From Chrysomallon squamiferum (lineage: Eukaryota > Animalia > Mollusca), in NCBI GenBank assembly GCA_012295275.1, contig CM022670.1, positions 37,944,001-38,008,000 of the forward strand: 64,000 bases of DNA, written 5' to 3'. Both the position numbers and the translations under genes were made by a program. Positions 44,399 through 55,832 of the stretch are shown here, piece by piece (position 1 is the first letter of the stretch; each line of letters begins with the position of its first letter). The notes below the pieces were generated by a model. It made no database searches. It was not told where the DNA came from and saw only the letters and a program-made list of their open reading frames with translations.

Positions 44399-44885
44399 TC
44401 ACGACACAAAATCTAGTATAATATGTACAACTGATAAATATTAGTATAACGTAATGTAAAGTAAATTACAGAAGTATCCTGATTATCTGTAATATAAATC
44501 TATAAATCAGTCCTAAATATATTGTAATTCCTTCTAGTAAATACAAAGTGGTTGCTGTTGGTGGTTTTTTACCTACAGAAATAAATTAATTTGGAGACTT
44601 TATTTTATTTTATTTTATTTTAAATACAATTGTAATTGTGAAATTAGTTTCTAAAAATGAAGTACTTTGAAGTTCCTTTAAAAAAATCATTTATTTAACC
44701 ATCTATTTACTTATTAAATATCTGATATGTCGCTCCTGCTATCTTCAGAAAAAACAGGATAACGAAAATATGGAAAAGGCCTGTAATGATCTTTTGTAGT
44801 AATGATTTTGCCTTTTGGAGGAATAATTATTTTGCCTTCGTCACCTCTTTTTGTTGCTTTCAATATCTCGCTTTTTCTTCCTTCT

Positions 44886-45035
44886 TCAGTTTCTTTCAGT
44901 TCGTTCTTTTTTCAAGGCCCCCATTTTTCTTCCAGTTCGTTCTTTGTTTCTTTCAGTTCGTTCTTTGTTTCTTTCAGTTCGTTCTCTGTTTCTTTCAGTT
45001 TGTTCTCTGTTTCTTTCAGTTTGTTCTCTGTTTGT
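44886..45035 (-). repeat. 21-bp coding tandem repeat, (E/K)N(K/E)LKET
   Basis: Plus strand tttctttcagtt(c/t)gttct(c/t)tg repeated about 5 times, with one more unit beyond the TGA. Confidence 0.85.
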
Positions 45036-45577
45036 GTCAGTTTACAGCTCATTTCACCAAGCGTTTTCGAAACAATGGCATATTTTATACTGTCTCTCAA
45101 TAATTCAAATTCTGATACACGTATTAACTCTGTGTGTGTGTGAGTTGCACACTTGTCAAGTGCTGTTCCCAAGACTTTCTTCAAGTTATACTTATCAACC
45201 ATACGTATAATGTTTATTAGCACCCTGTCATTTAAAGGGACTTGTTTTAAAATATCCAAAAGAACTTCTTCTGATCTTTTAATTACGCAGTCAGTTTGGT
45301 ATTCATTCGCCAAAGGCAACACGACAAACACATTCGAATAGGTAACAGGCTTCATGGAATGTGGATATAAACAAAGTAGAAACTCCACAAAATGTTCGTA
45401 TCTCTTTCCCGGCAGTTCGATTTCCGAGGATTCTTTTTCCTTGAAACCAGATTCGAACATGGCTTTGAAAACAGGTGACACTATCGTAAGAACAACTTTG
45501 CTAACATGCAGCTGCTTGTTTTCCACAACCAGGATCACGTCACTTTCGTCATGTGGTTTACTGAAAAAATCCGCCAT
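44912..45577 (-). CDS. BTB/POZ domain protein with C-terminal heptad coiled coil, intronless CDS (221 aa to the first stop)
   Basis: SDVILVVENKQLHVSKVVLTIVSPVFKAMFESGFKEKESSEIELPGK..FVEFLLCLYP..LPLANEYQ is a canonical BTB domain, followed by ENKLKET heptads. The frame stays open after the TGA until TAA at 44714. Confidence 0.88.
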   Translation of the reverse strand: MADFFSKPHDESDVILVVENKQLHVSKVVLTIVSPVFKAMFESGFKEKESSEIELPGKRYEHFVEFLLCLYPHSMKPVTYSNVFVVLPLANEYQTDCVIKRSEEVLLDILKQVPLNDRVLINIIRMVDKYNLKKVLGTALDKCATHTHTELIRVSEFELLRDSIKYAIVSKTLGEMSCKLTQTENKLKETENKLKETENELKETKNELKETKNELEEKWGP

Positions 45578-45779
45578 GTTTCAAAACAAAATAATATTAA
45601 TAAAATATTTACAATGTCGATTTTGCGTTCGATGGTAAGGCATATCCTAAGAATCCTATTTTCTGTTTCCTTATACCCAGAATTCCTTTCATTTCCAGGA
45701 CTAACATTATTATAATCGGAGATCGTCGTATTTTGTCGACAACAATCGGCTTTACGATTACTAACGTAAACGATATTAT

Positions 45780-46460
45780 TGGGATATCGATATAAGCCCG
45801 CCAGGCAAAAGCCATCCAAACCGAAAATGTGCAGGCGGACAAAAAACCAGTAGAAATGCAAAGTTGGACCCCCCAAAACACCAATTTAACCATATATAAT
45901 TATCAGAATCATGGAATTTATGTAATTTGTTATTCGTTCAAGTAAATTAGGTATGATCAGCATTAATAACTGATTGTTTAAAATTAATCCATTTAATTAG
46001 CATAGAATACCGTAGAAAATATGAAATGATTTTGTTGTGAAGTCACAGTATCTAACTGCATCCAAGTTTTCGTCAGCTTTGGTATTATTTTTCAGAAACT
46101 ATATTCACTTTTAAAACGGCAAAATTCCCAAAATGTACTAAGATACGTTATCTTACCTTGATACAAATTCTCTTCAAACTATATTTTATCACAGTTCTTT
46201 TGTAGTAATTAATTATGTCGACCCAACAAACACATTAAAATTATAATCATTATTATACTCATTTTTATAGACATCTGGTACATATGCTTTAATAAAGTGG
46301 TCGTTTGTAAAGTTACTTTTTTTTCTTTTGCGGGGGGGGGGGGAGCTTTTGATCTACCTTGATTTTTCACTGGGCAACTTTTGTTCTACCTTGCAAATCC
46401 ACAGGGGAGCTTTTGTCAATCTGTACATACCTGGACTGGGGGCATAATGCCAAACATTCG
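45780..46460. mobile_element. Degenerate foldback/MULE-like element with sub-repeated inverted ends
   Basis: Left end has ggcaaaagcc and ggacaaaaaaccagtagaaatgcaaagttggac. Right end has repeated ggggagcttttg, whose reverse complement reads gacaaaagctcccctgtggatttgcaaggtagaac. Confidence 0.35.
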
Positions 46461-46562
46461 ATATTATGAAATATTTTGATCTTGCATGTTCGACAATTAA
46501 AGAAGACATGACGAATATTTACCAAAATATTTTTCTATTCCTTCTTTTTATTATTATTATTA

Positions 46563-46626
<64 letters not shown>

Positions 46627-46838
46627 GTGTTGGATTGAAGCTTGCTAAAAAGATAAGTGTCTTATAATGTATTATCAAAATATATGTTATTGATACTATG
46701 TAATACATACAAATATCTTTTGTAAAATTTTAATGATCAGAATGAATACAATGCATGCCATATTCTCCGTAAACGGTGTATTCTCATAACTGAATCATTT
46801 GCTTTCTTTCATGAGCTAGAATTTAGATTGTTTATTCT

Positions 46839-46889
<51 letters not shown>

Positions 46890-48306
46890 GACATAATTCA
46901 GTTTCGTTTTAATGTTTTCTAAAACAAGAAGGTTGTATTGCAACAGGTGGAATAACAAATATTTAATTTCAGGCAACACTTGGAAATGGTGGGTATCATG
47001 TTAAACGCTTACACAACTTAGTATTAACCTAGAAAAAACAATTAAATGAATGGCAATGATTTAATAAACATTTTATCTAGTTAATAACACCAGTTTTAAC
47101 ATTTACTTTTTACAGCATATCAGATACATTTTAATAACATTAATGCAAGTAACTCTGTAAATAAATATTTAAAAAAAAAAAAGAAAAGAAAGCCCTATTC
47201 TATATTACATTAGACTTCCTCTTGCAATTACACTTAAAAGAAAATTAATGTTTAAAATATATTTCTTAATGTGTCGATGTAATAATTCACCTGACTATTG
47301 TTAGTCTAATGTGAACATGTGTTTTTGAATGAAGAATTATAAGAATGATATCCTACACAAATACAAGAAATCAACAGAGTTGTTCTTATCTGTCTTCAGA
47401 ATTCAAACCAAGACAGTGACAGCAGTTGTCATACATTGTGTAACGCAACCATTTAACAAAAAAGAAATTTGACATCTATTAACAAGTGATATTAAAACAT
47501 TTTGCACTATTAATAACATTCATTCATTCATTAGTTTGTCTACATACTTACATAAATATAGACACAGCAGGAATGTTTTTTTCATTTCATCATGATACTA
47601 ATTCTTATATACTGTGGTTAATGTCTTTTCATATCACAATATAACTATTTTTTAAAAGTAGTAGTATCAATATGTTTAATATTATGTCAGTAAAATACAA
47701 CCACACATTAGTCCCTTGATTAGAATTGTTTGGAAGGTTTTTGCTTTTGTTTTTTGCATCTATAATTCTTGTACTTGCCTACAATATATATGTTTTCTCA
47801 GAGAATTCAGAAGTGCAAAGCATAAAGTTATAATATATTAAAATAGATAAGGTATGCTTTCTTTTCATTTTTACTTAAAATAACTTAAGAGCAAAAATAA
47901 TTTTAATTGCTGGTATTATTTCAGTCATAACTAACTGCATTAACAGAACCGAATCAACCAGGAGAAAAATGTAATTTAACAAACAAGCAAGTAATTAACT
48001 TCAAACACACAAAATACGAAAGTAGGTGCAAAGTCAATAATTTACAAGTTATTTCCATTAAAGCTTAACTGGCTTAAAAAATGTAAAACACACATAGCCA
48101 TTAAAACATGTTGTAGGGTCTTGTATTTGAACTGCAGTACACTGTCATTCACAGATGTAACAATGAGAACAAGAAATCCACTCTTCTGTTTTCAGTTACT
48201 TCATCCAGATGTCAATTCATTTTTTTTTTTTTCTTTCATAGAAACAAGTTAGACAATCGTTGTCTAATCTCTAGTGACAAATTCGTTGTTTCTTCAGAAA
48301 TTGCCC

Positions 48307-48435
48307 TCATGAACAACCTGCCATCTGCAGACCCTCGACGTACTGGTAAATCTTTAAAGCAGGGCCAAGCTTGAACGACATGCCAGTGAGCACATCACTC
48401 CTCTTCATCAGTAATAATGACTTGCCATCAATTTC
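48307..48435 (-). CDS. SAMD1: SAMD1-like WH-DPF-SAM protein, exon 8 (SAM C-terminal half and stop)
   Basis: TTTCCCTGTAG| [42 protein letters not shown]; very close to the SAMD1/SAMD13 SAM signature. Confidence 0.9.
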   Translation of the reverse strand, partial: EIDGKSLLLMKRSDVLTGMSFKLGPALKIYQYVEGLQMAGCS

Positions 48436-48959
48436 CTACAGGGAAAGATGGTTAGTACATGACTAATCTGTGATTAGCAAAAAAAGTATTCAAAGAAATA
48501 ATTTCAAAAATTATATTATTCAGTTATTTAATTTTAATTTTTAATTTTAATTTTTATATTTAAAAAATTATAAAAATAAAAAAAAATAATTGAATATAAT
48601 GATAAAAAGACCCAACCAAATAATGATTTATTGATATTACTGCTCAATACTTCCTTTTTTTAATTGTAAGCATTATTTTATTCAGCTTTATACATAATTA
48701 GTTACTCCCAAAAGCAATATATATATACGTTTTTGATTTACAAATAATTACAATACTTCAGAATTATTAAGTACAAAGTTATTGTACATCACTAACTTTA
48801 ATTGTAATATAAACTCAAGTTTATTTTTTTTTAAATGTATAAATTACCCAGAACAGTTAAACAGTATTTCCATGAGATCAAACAAAAGAAAAATAAGGGA
48901 TACCCTGGTAATGAAAGTGACACTGTTCAGTGATGCAAGGGACACCACTCCAGTTATAC

Positions 48960-49125
48960 CTGATCTATAAAGGCATTGGCTTGCTCAGGAAAACCTATTT
49001 CAGTGAAGAAATTGTAGACATCATTAATTGTCCATTCACTGGCATCTGGAAAGTTACCATTCTTTATCTTACTTAACAAGGAAGGAGAACGTATTTTATT
49101 GAGATCCAACTTTTCTGATGAACTA
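48960..49125 (-). CDS. SAMD1: SAMD1-like protein, exon 7 (SAM N-terminal half)
   Basis: CCTTGCAG| ..FPDASEWTINDVYNFFTEIGFPEQANAFIDQ |GTATAA; 166 nt, phase 2 to 0. Confidence 0.88.
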
Positions 49126-49427
49126 CTGCAAGGAGAGAATAGATTTACTGTACCGTACTTTTAAAGTTATAACACTTTTACAAACATAAATATATGTTAT
49201 TTTAACCAAAACAGCTTAAATGGTTGTTTAATGTTTCTGGAATTAACTGTTATTAATCATCAGATATTTATACTTTCAAGTATATGTTCATTCCCGTGAA
49301 CCACTTATAATGAAAGTAATAAATTCTTCTGATCATTGCAAAATGATAAATTACACTAATTATATGATTTTTCTACATTAACTGGTTGGGGTTAATCTAA
49401 GAATAAAGCTTAAAACGTGTAACACAC

Positions 49428-49506
49428 CTATCTCTTGTGTGATGATCGTGCAAATCACTGTCAGAATCACATGGAGTTGGAGGGAACGAAGCATCTGCAC
49501 CATCAT
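49428..49506 (-). CDS. SAMD1: SAMD1-like protein, exon 6 (linker)
   Basis: polyT-CAG| YDGADASFPPTPCDSDSDLHDHHTRD AG|GTGTGT; 79 nt, phase 1 to 2, keeps the frame. Confidence 0.8.
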
Positions 49507-49859
49507 CTGAAAAAAAAAAAAAAAAAAAAAAAAATTGAATAAAAACACAACACCAATTATGACTATTTCTCCCTTCTTCATATCAATTATATAGGTCAAA
49601 TTTTTTACATACATACGAGTAACAGCTGAAGTAAAAATACTAAGTATCGAATTATATCATTTTAGCAGGTAAGCACAGTGCTGCATAACCTAAAAGAGCA
49701 ATGTGAATATTATTAAATTTAATAATCTTCAGAAAACATGAATATGTTTTCCTGCAACAGCTAAAATCAAGGTATTTAATCCAAAAACAATAAAGACTTA
49801 AAATGTTTGTGAAATGACAATTAGGGCAATTACCATGAAAAATAAATGTACACTCTTAC

Positions 49860-49958
49860 ATGTGTATAAAGATTCCATTAATTCAGAGTCTTCTTGATTG
49901 GAGTCCACTGCTTGTTCATCTACTCCATCTTTTTGACAATTGATGCACATCCACTTGC
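49860..49958 (-). CDS. SAMD1: SAMD1-like protein, exon 5 (end of PHD2, acidic linker)
   Basis: ACTGCAG| GKWMCINCQKDGVDEQAVDSNQEDSELMESLYT T|GTAAGA; 99 nt, phase 1 to 1. Confidence 0.88.
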
Positions 49959-50613
49959 CTGCAGTTGCAAAGAAAATATGATAAAGTTTTTTGTTCACCT
50001 TATGTATCAGACAACAGTTGTAACAATTGTGATTACAATTCCTTTTAATTTATCTATATGATTACAAATATAAATATGATAAGAAACACCTAAGAAAAAT
50101 ATTTCACACCTAGCTTTGAAGTGATGAGGTTCACACCCTATAATGCTGGCACAATCAGAACTTGTCTTCAACATCACTTTTAAAAACTAATTATAAATAA
50201 CATAGTCATATTGGTAATTGCACAACAAAATAGTCTATGACCAACGGCACGTCTTAGAAACAGTTTTAATGAATATTATAATTTAAACAAATATTACACT
50301 TATAATTATCAGTTTGGTTTGAATTAAATTAAATAACTGAAAGAAAATGTAATGTTTAAAGATTATAATTATTCCATAGCTGCTAAACAATATTAGTTTG
50401 TTATTAATTTAAAGAATTGTATTTTGATACTTTTATAGAATTATTATGTTCCTAATTGTGAAATAATCCATAAATATGTTAATATTACAGCTTCAGTCTG
50501 CTGAAAAGTACAAATATAATTTTTACACTCCTCTAAAATAATGCTATCATTACTTTATACTATGCGTTGAGATAATATGATGACTTATTTGTAACAGTAA
50601 TAATATATCATAC

Positions 50614-50695
50614 CTTTGGGTTTTTCTTTTATTGGAGGACTGTGGCATGCCATATGACATCCTTTATCACAAAAATCACAGAACAACAGGGCATC
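50614..50695 (-). CDS. SAMD1: SAMD1-like protein, exon 4 (PHD2)
   Basis: TCTGCAG| [28 protein letters not shown]|GTATG; 82 nt, phase 0 to 1. Confidence 0.9.
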
Positions 50696-50901
50696 CTGCA
50701 GATAAGAAAACATACTAAAACAGCGTAAAAAGAAAGTTAATAAAAAAAAATACATTATTATTTTTTAACAATGACTTTTTCTTAAATAGTTCTATCAAGT
50801 GTTGACACATTTTATTCATTATATATATATTTTTATACGTTTTATCAAAAATTAGCTGATTGATGAATCAGCATCCTCCATATTGTTTGTGATTTACTTA
50901 C

Positions 50902-51014
50902 TGCATTCTCTGATCCGTCACACACACAACATGTTTTGCAGTCAATACACTGCCAGGGAGAAAGCCTTGCTCTTCTTGCTAGGACTTCAGAGTAACCCAT
51001 GCATGATGGATGAG
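50902..51014 (-). CDS. SAMD1: SAMD1-like protein, exon 3 (PHD1/PHD2 junction)
   Basis: TTTCAG| AHPSCMGYSEVLARRARLSPWQCIDCKTCCVCDGSENA |GTAAGT; 113 nt, phase 1 to 0. Confidence 0.9.
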
Positions 51015-51105
51015 CTGAAACATACATTTTTTATAATAATGAATACAAGCATAAATGATTTTATTTTCTTGGAACATAACTAACATTCATTATATTGCTT
51101 TTATA

Positions 51106-51158
<53 letters not shown>

Positions 51159-51638
51159 TATTACACGAGCTAATAAAAACATTATATCACAAGCTTTTAA
51201 ACAAGTATACATATATACTTCAGAATAAAACCCATTAATTAAAATTTACTGTATTAAATTTGTATGTTAAAAAAGTTAAATATCAGAATAATGTTGTTTA
51301 AAATTTATGAAAAGAATATTGGCAGTTGTTTGACAACAGCTCCCCTAATCTAATTTAGAAGATTTAGCTATTCTAATGCAGTTGTTTATTATACAAGTTC
51401 ATTTTTTTAACAATAATAAAAATTAGTATGTCACATAGAATCAAATAAAATAATTAACAAGCTGAATTCAGTCTGCATTTATAAGTGACATAATTTGTTT
51501 ACAATAAAAGCAGCTTAGAAGAAGTTAAGATTTTAAATGTTGAAAAAAAGAAAGAAAAGTTAACTAATGATGAGAGTACAAACAATATTTAGTAAAAAAG
51601 AAAATGTGTAGAAAAAATAATAATTTCACTTGTATTAT

Positions 51639-51904
51639 CAGTGGCATGGAGAGGAGTGGCTGAAGGGGCGGTCACCCCAGCATCCAAATAGATGGGAGGC
51701 ATCCATTTGGGGAAAACAACTTAATAAATTTGGTTGATTTATATATAAATTGAATAAAGTGTTTATTTTATGTTTCATCTGTGCTTATACAGAAAATATT
51801 TCCTTTCTCATAATATTTCTCAGAACTAGGCCTCATACTGGAGTCTTTGGGGCATAGAATCAAGGAACTGGCCCCTGGCATCACCAGAACTCTGCATGCC
51901 ACTG
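51639..51904. mobile_element. hAT-superfamily MITE (266 bp) in intron 2 of the SAMD1-like gene
   Basis: TIRs CAGTGGCATGGAGAG and CTCTGCATGCCACTG (14/15 match); perfect 8-bp TSD TGTATTAT at 51631-51638 and 51905-51912. Confidence 0.88.
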
Positions 51905-52100
51905 TGTATTATCCATATTAAATATTCCAGTTGATGTTATTCTGCACTGCTTATGTTAAATAATTTGTAACAACATTTATAATACATTACAGCTAATTGG
52001 CCTAAAATAAACTTATTTATGATGAAATTAAAGGCTGCTGATATAGTACTATTGACCAGTTGCTTAACAGAATTAAAAACTATATTTAAAAAAATAATAC

Positions 52101-52287
52101 CAGTAGCTGTACAGTCTGTGCACACAAGTAACTGTTCCACTTCACTATTCTTGTTAAATTTAGATTCACAAAAATCACATATTTGTTCATCTTCACATTT
52201 ACCATCTGTATTTTGGCGCTTTGAATGTTTATCTGCAGCACCAGTCTCTGAAGAAACATAATCGTCATGGTGAAGTTTTTTGAATTT
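52101..52287 (-). CDS. SAMD1: SAMD1-like protein, exon 2 (start of PHD1)
   Basis: TTTTTCAG| KFKKLHHD..QICDFCESKFNKNSEVEQLLVCTDCTAT G|GTATT; 187 nt, phase 0 to 1. Confidence 0.88.
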
Positions 52288-52802
52288 CTGAAAAATAAAG
52301 AATTCCATCATCAAAGTAAAAATTAAAATAAAAAATGAGAATGGAAAGAAAGAAAAAAACATAGAATAACGAAAGATGTCTAAATTTTCATAACTTATTT
52401 ATACACAAAATAAAAACATTCTTAATATAAATTTGCTGAACAGTTGTGGTATTCAAATGTATATACTGGTATTGTTACTATATTTTTTATGTAGAGGTTT
52501 TATTTCAATTTTTATTTATCAACTTTTGCATTATTATTACATAATTAATTTTTTTTTAAATTTGGTGTTATTCGACCATAGTTCATACATATTAACAAAT
52601 AATATTTAAAAATATCTACATAGACAGGGTTTTTTCAAAAAATGTTTATCAACCTAACTCTATATACTTTATTTATTGTTTATGTTAAAGTACTTATTTA
52701 TTGTTTATTTTAAAGCAGTTATTTATTGTTTATTTTTAAGCAGTTATTTATTTTGCATCTGAGTGAAATTCACGGTGAATGTAATAAAAATAATAATAAT
52801 AC

Positions 52803-53441
52803 CTTTCTTTTAGACGGTGGTCTTCCACGTTTTCTTCCATTTCCTGGTATATCTCCACTGGATTCATTGTGTGATACGTTATCACTGTTAGCAGTTGGGC
52901 CAGTGGCGACAGCGGAAGCTTTCTTTGGTTTTACCTTCATTTTCTTCTTCTTTTCTTCTCTCGATGATGTAAACAAACTGTAACGTCCATCTGCCAGTCG
53001 ACTGATATTTCCGGATGAAACTTCGCGTTTCAATGCTTCCGTCACAGTAGCGTTACTCCAGTCGCTCGAGTTATCTGCCATACAAAGCCAGTTCTTTATG
53101 TCTGTTTCTTCGGCCCCATCTTGACCATTAATTATTTTAGAAACATTTCTTATTCCTTCCTTTAATTTTTCGGAAACTGTAACTGAATTAAGTAATTGAC
53201 CTCCAATCGCGTTCTTCTTCCATTTGGCTGCATTTCTGTAACTAGTATTACCTTTAAAATCCACTTTAAGTACAGTGCCCGCGTGGACCAGTTCTTCCAG
53301 ACAGGCAACAGTATCGGGAAATGGTAGACCATGTTTTCTTTTTAACATTAAGCAGATGCGATGAATATCTGGTCGAGCTTTTCGCATTCTTAGATGATCA
53401 ATTGCATCTAATATCCATTCTCTGCTTTTTACGGGCGCCAT
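52803..53441 (-). CDS. SAMD1: SAMD1-like / KAT6-N-terminus-like protein, exon 1 (SAMD1-type winged helix, H15-like winged helix, AT-hook)
   Basis: REWILDAIDHLRMRKARPDIHRICLML..LEELVHAGTVLKVDFKGNTSYRNA is a SAMD1/KAT6 WH1. EALKREVSSGNISRLADGRYSL resembles WH2. RKRGRPPSK is an AT-hook. 639 nt, AAG|GTATT donor. Spliced CDS is 1494 nt (497 aa). Confidence 0.9.
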
Positions 53442-53530
53442 ATATAACTGATTAAAATGTATTTTTACAACTTACATACACACTAAAAAAAAGCAGACGC
53501 CTCAACACTGTTTAAGTCAAATAAACCTTC

Positions 53531-53540
53531 GCGCATGCGT
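53531..53540. promoter_or_regulatory. NRF1/Ewg-type site in the SAMD1-like promoter
   Basis: GCGCATGCGT 90 bp upstream of the ATG; typical of housekeeping promoters. Confidence 0.5.
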
Positions 53541-53673
53541 TAAACGTAAATGAGGTCAAAAGCTAAAGGACAAAAACTATAATTAGCATTAATTTAAATG
53601 TTCTAATTTTATTATCAAATTATTTTTATTTTTAAATTTTATTATAAAAATCTTGACTGCAGATTTCTGTGAA

Positions 53674-53723
<50 letters not shown>

Positions 53724-54559
53724 TGCTTGAAATGTAAAATGTATTCTTATTTTTAATGACCCGATTTTTGTCTCGCCGAGACATGTTGATGTTGCCAATC
53801 CCTAATTTTTATTCAGTAAAACATAACTTGATGAGTTTAATGTTAATGAGGTAAAATAACCATAATTATTCATAATCCCATAAATTTTTTCATTTATTCA
53901 TTCAGCATTTTAACAAGAGATGTTTGTGATAATACATGATCTATTACACTCATCACATAAAATAGAACTGTTACAAAATCCCCAAAAGACTGAGGATACA
54001 TATCCTCTCTTTTTCTCTCTTATTTATTTATTTGTTTGTATGTTTGTTTTTTAAATCTTTCTTAGAGTGATATTAGTTGATAACAGAACAATAATTTATA
54101 TGTTTCTAAAAGTTATTAGGCCATTTCTTCATACAGTCAAAGATATTAATAATTAATATATAATATTAGCATTGAAGAAAGTATTTAATTTTTTAAATAA
54201 TTATTATTTATTTACTTATTATTATTATTATTATTATTATTTATTTATTTATTTGTATATTATGAGAATTATAAAATATAGCACGTTTCTGATTTATAAT
54301 TATCCTGCATAGTGGCAAAGTAAGAGAGCACTGAATAAAATATATAGCATTATTGGACTGAATTATACTTACTTCGATACATTATATATTATTTACACAC
54401 AGTCACATAATTTATTTTATTCTATTTACAAATGAACGGCAATAAACCAGTTTGTACTGAATTTTCACGTGTAGAATCTGTAAACAAGATATCAGATATC
54501 TACTGTAATGGAGGTGGGGATTATTGTTTATGAATAACCTGACCACGCAACCGGAATAT

Positions 54560-54848
54560 AACCAGTGACGTCAAAGACATAACTGGTGACGTAGACAACA
54601 ACGGTCACTAGGCCATATTCTAAAGATATGTTGGCGATTTTTCGGTGCCTTCGATAGTGCTTCACGTCATAACAATGCAATATTAATTTGCCTTAATAGA
54701 ATGATACACAAACACCCAAAAAGAAAAACGACGTCTGTAGGATAGCGAGTTACAGAATAATCTGCAGGTATATAAGTATAAATTACTAGTTTAGTTATGT
54801 AGTTGCTGCTGTTGTTTAATGTTTTGAAGTTATCTTTGAAAAACATAA
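54560..54848 (+). promoter_or_regulatory. Promoter and probable non-coding first exon of the CAP gene
   Basis: CRE TGACGTCA at 54566-54573 plus a half site near 54587; TATATAAG at 54769-54776; candidate donor AA|GTAATT at 54849. Confidence 0.45.
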
Positions 54849-55209
54849 GTAATTATTTGCATTGTAATTCTTCTTGTTCGTTGTTGTTTTGTTTTTTTCT
54901 TCTTCTTCTTCTTTTAAAAAAATATATTTTTTGTTGCAGATTAGATCTAAATACGAAAAAGTTCAATAAATAATTTTTAAAAATACTTTAGTATATCACT
55001 GTGGTTTATAATACCATTTTAGCCTATTAACTAAGATAAATAGCTATAAAAATCTAATATTAATAACGCTGAATAAAATTAGCATGTTTTAAATATTATT
55101 AATCAAAAATTGTATACAGATTAAAAAAAACAACAAAAAAAAAACAACAACAGTTACTATACTTTATAATATTGTTTATTTGCAAATGTTACAGGCAGAT
55201 TCAATATAG

Positions 55210-55362
55210 ATGGTATCGGTTTTATCATTTTTTGTCGTCTGCTCTTGTTGGATGGTATTGGCCAGCGCCGATTTGTCACTGGACGACATTGATGAAGAGT
55301 TGATTCTTTCTCTCCACAATCAAATACGTAGTGAACAGGGCGCGACCAGAATGTACAAACTT
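55210..55362 (+). CDS. CAP/SCP (CRISP, cysteine-rich venom protein-like) coding exon 1: signal peptide and HNxxR motif
   Basis: MVSVLSFFVVCSCWMVLASA signal peptide, then LSLHNQIRSEQGATRMYKL |GTGAGT; 153 nt, phase 0. Confidence 0.88.
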
Positions 55363-55603
55363 GTGAGTAACATGACGTGGAAACAGAAAAAAAAAAAAAA
55401 AAAAAAAAACTATCTGAATAGTTTAATACATAAAAAAAGAAGAACAACAACAACTATATAGTATTTATGAGTAAATCATGAGCTGCAAATCAGTAGCCGA
55501 AAGACAAACATTGACATACTTCCGTTACAACAGCCGTAACGTCAGGGTTCATGTCGCATAGAACAAATAAAAAAAAATAAAAAAAATAAAAATAAATAAA
55601 TAC

Positions 55604-55635
<32 letters not shown>

Positions 55636-55652
55636 AGGATTCAAAAATAAAA

Positions 55653-55691
<39 letters not shown>

Positions 55692-55832
55692 TTTAGCATT
55701 GATATAAACCACAAAAATGGGACACTAAAATTCACGACCTTCAGCTAATTAGGTCACTGCCCGTCATAGGAAAAAAAAAAAAATAAAAAAAAAATAAAAT
55801 AGGTCAGTCTGTTTCTAGTTGATTAATTTCAG

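Noticed and set aside
44580-44914. Selenocysteine reading of the BTB TGA
   Set aside because: No SECIS-like stem seen downstream, and the TGA is in a coiled-coil repeat rather than a redox motif; not tested computationally.
48307-53441. Calling this gene KAT6A/KAT6B histone acetyltransferase
   Set aside because: No MYST domain; PHD2 splices through a short linker into a SAM domain and stop.
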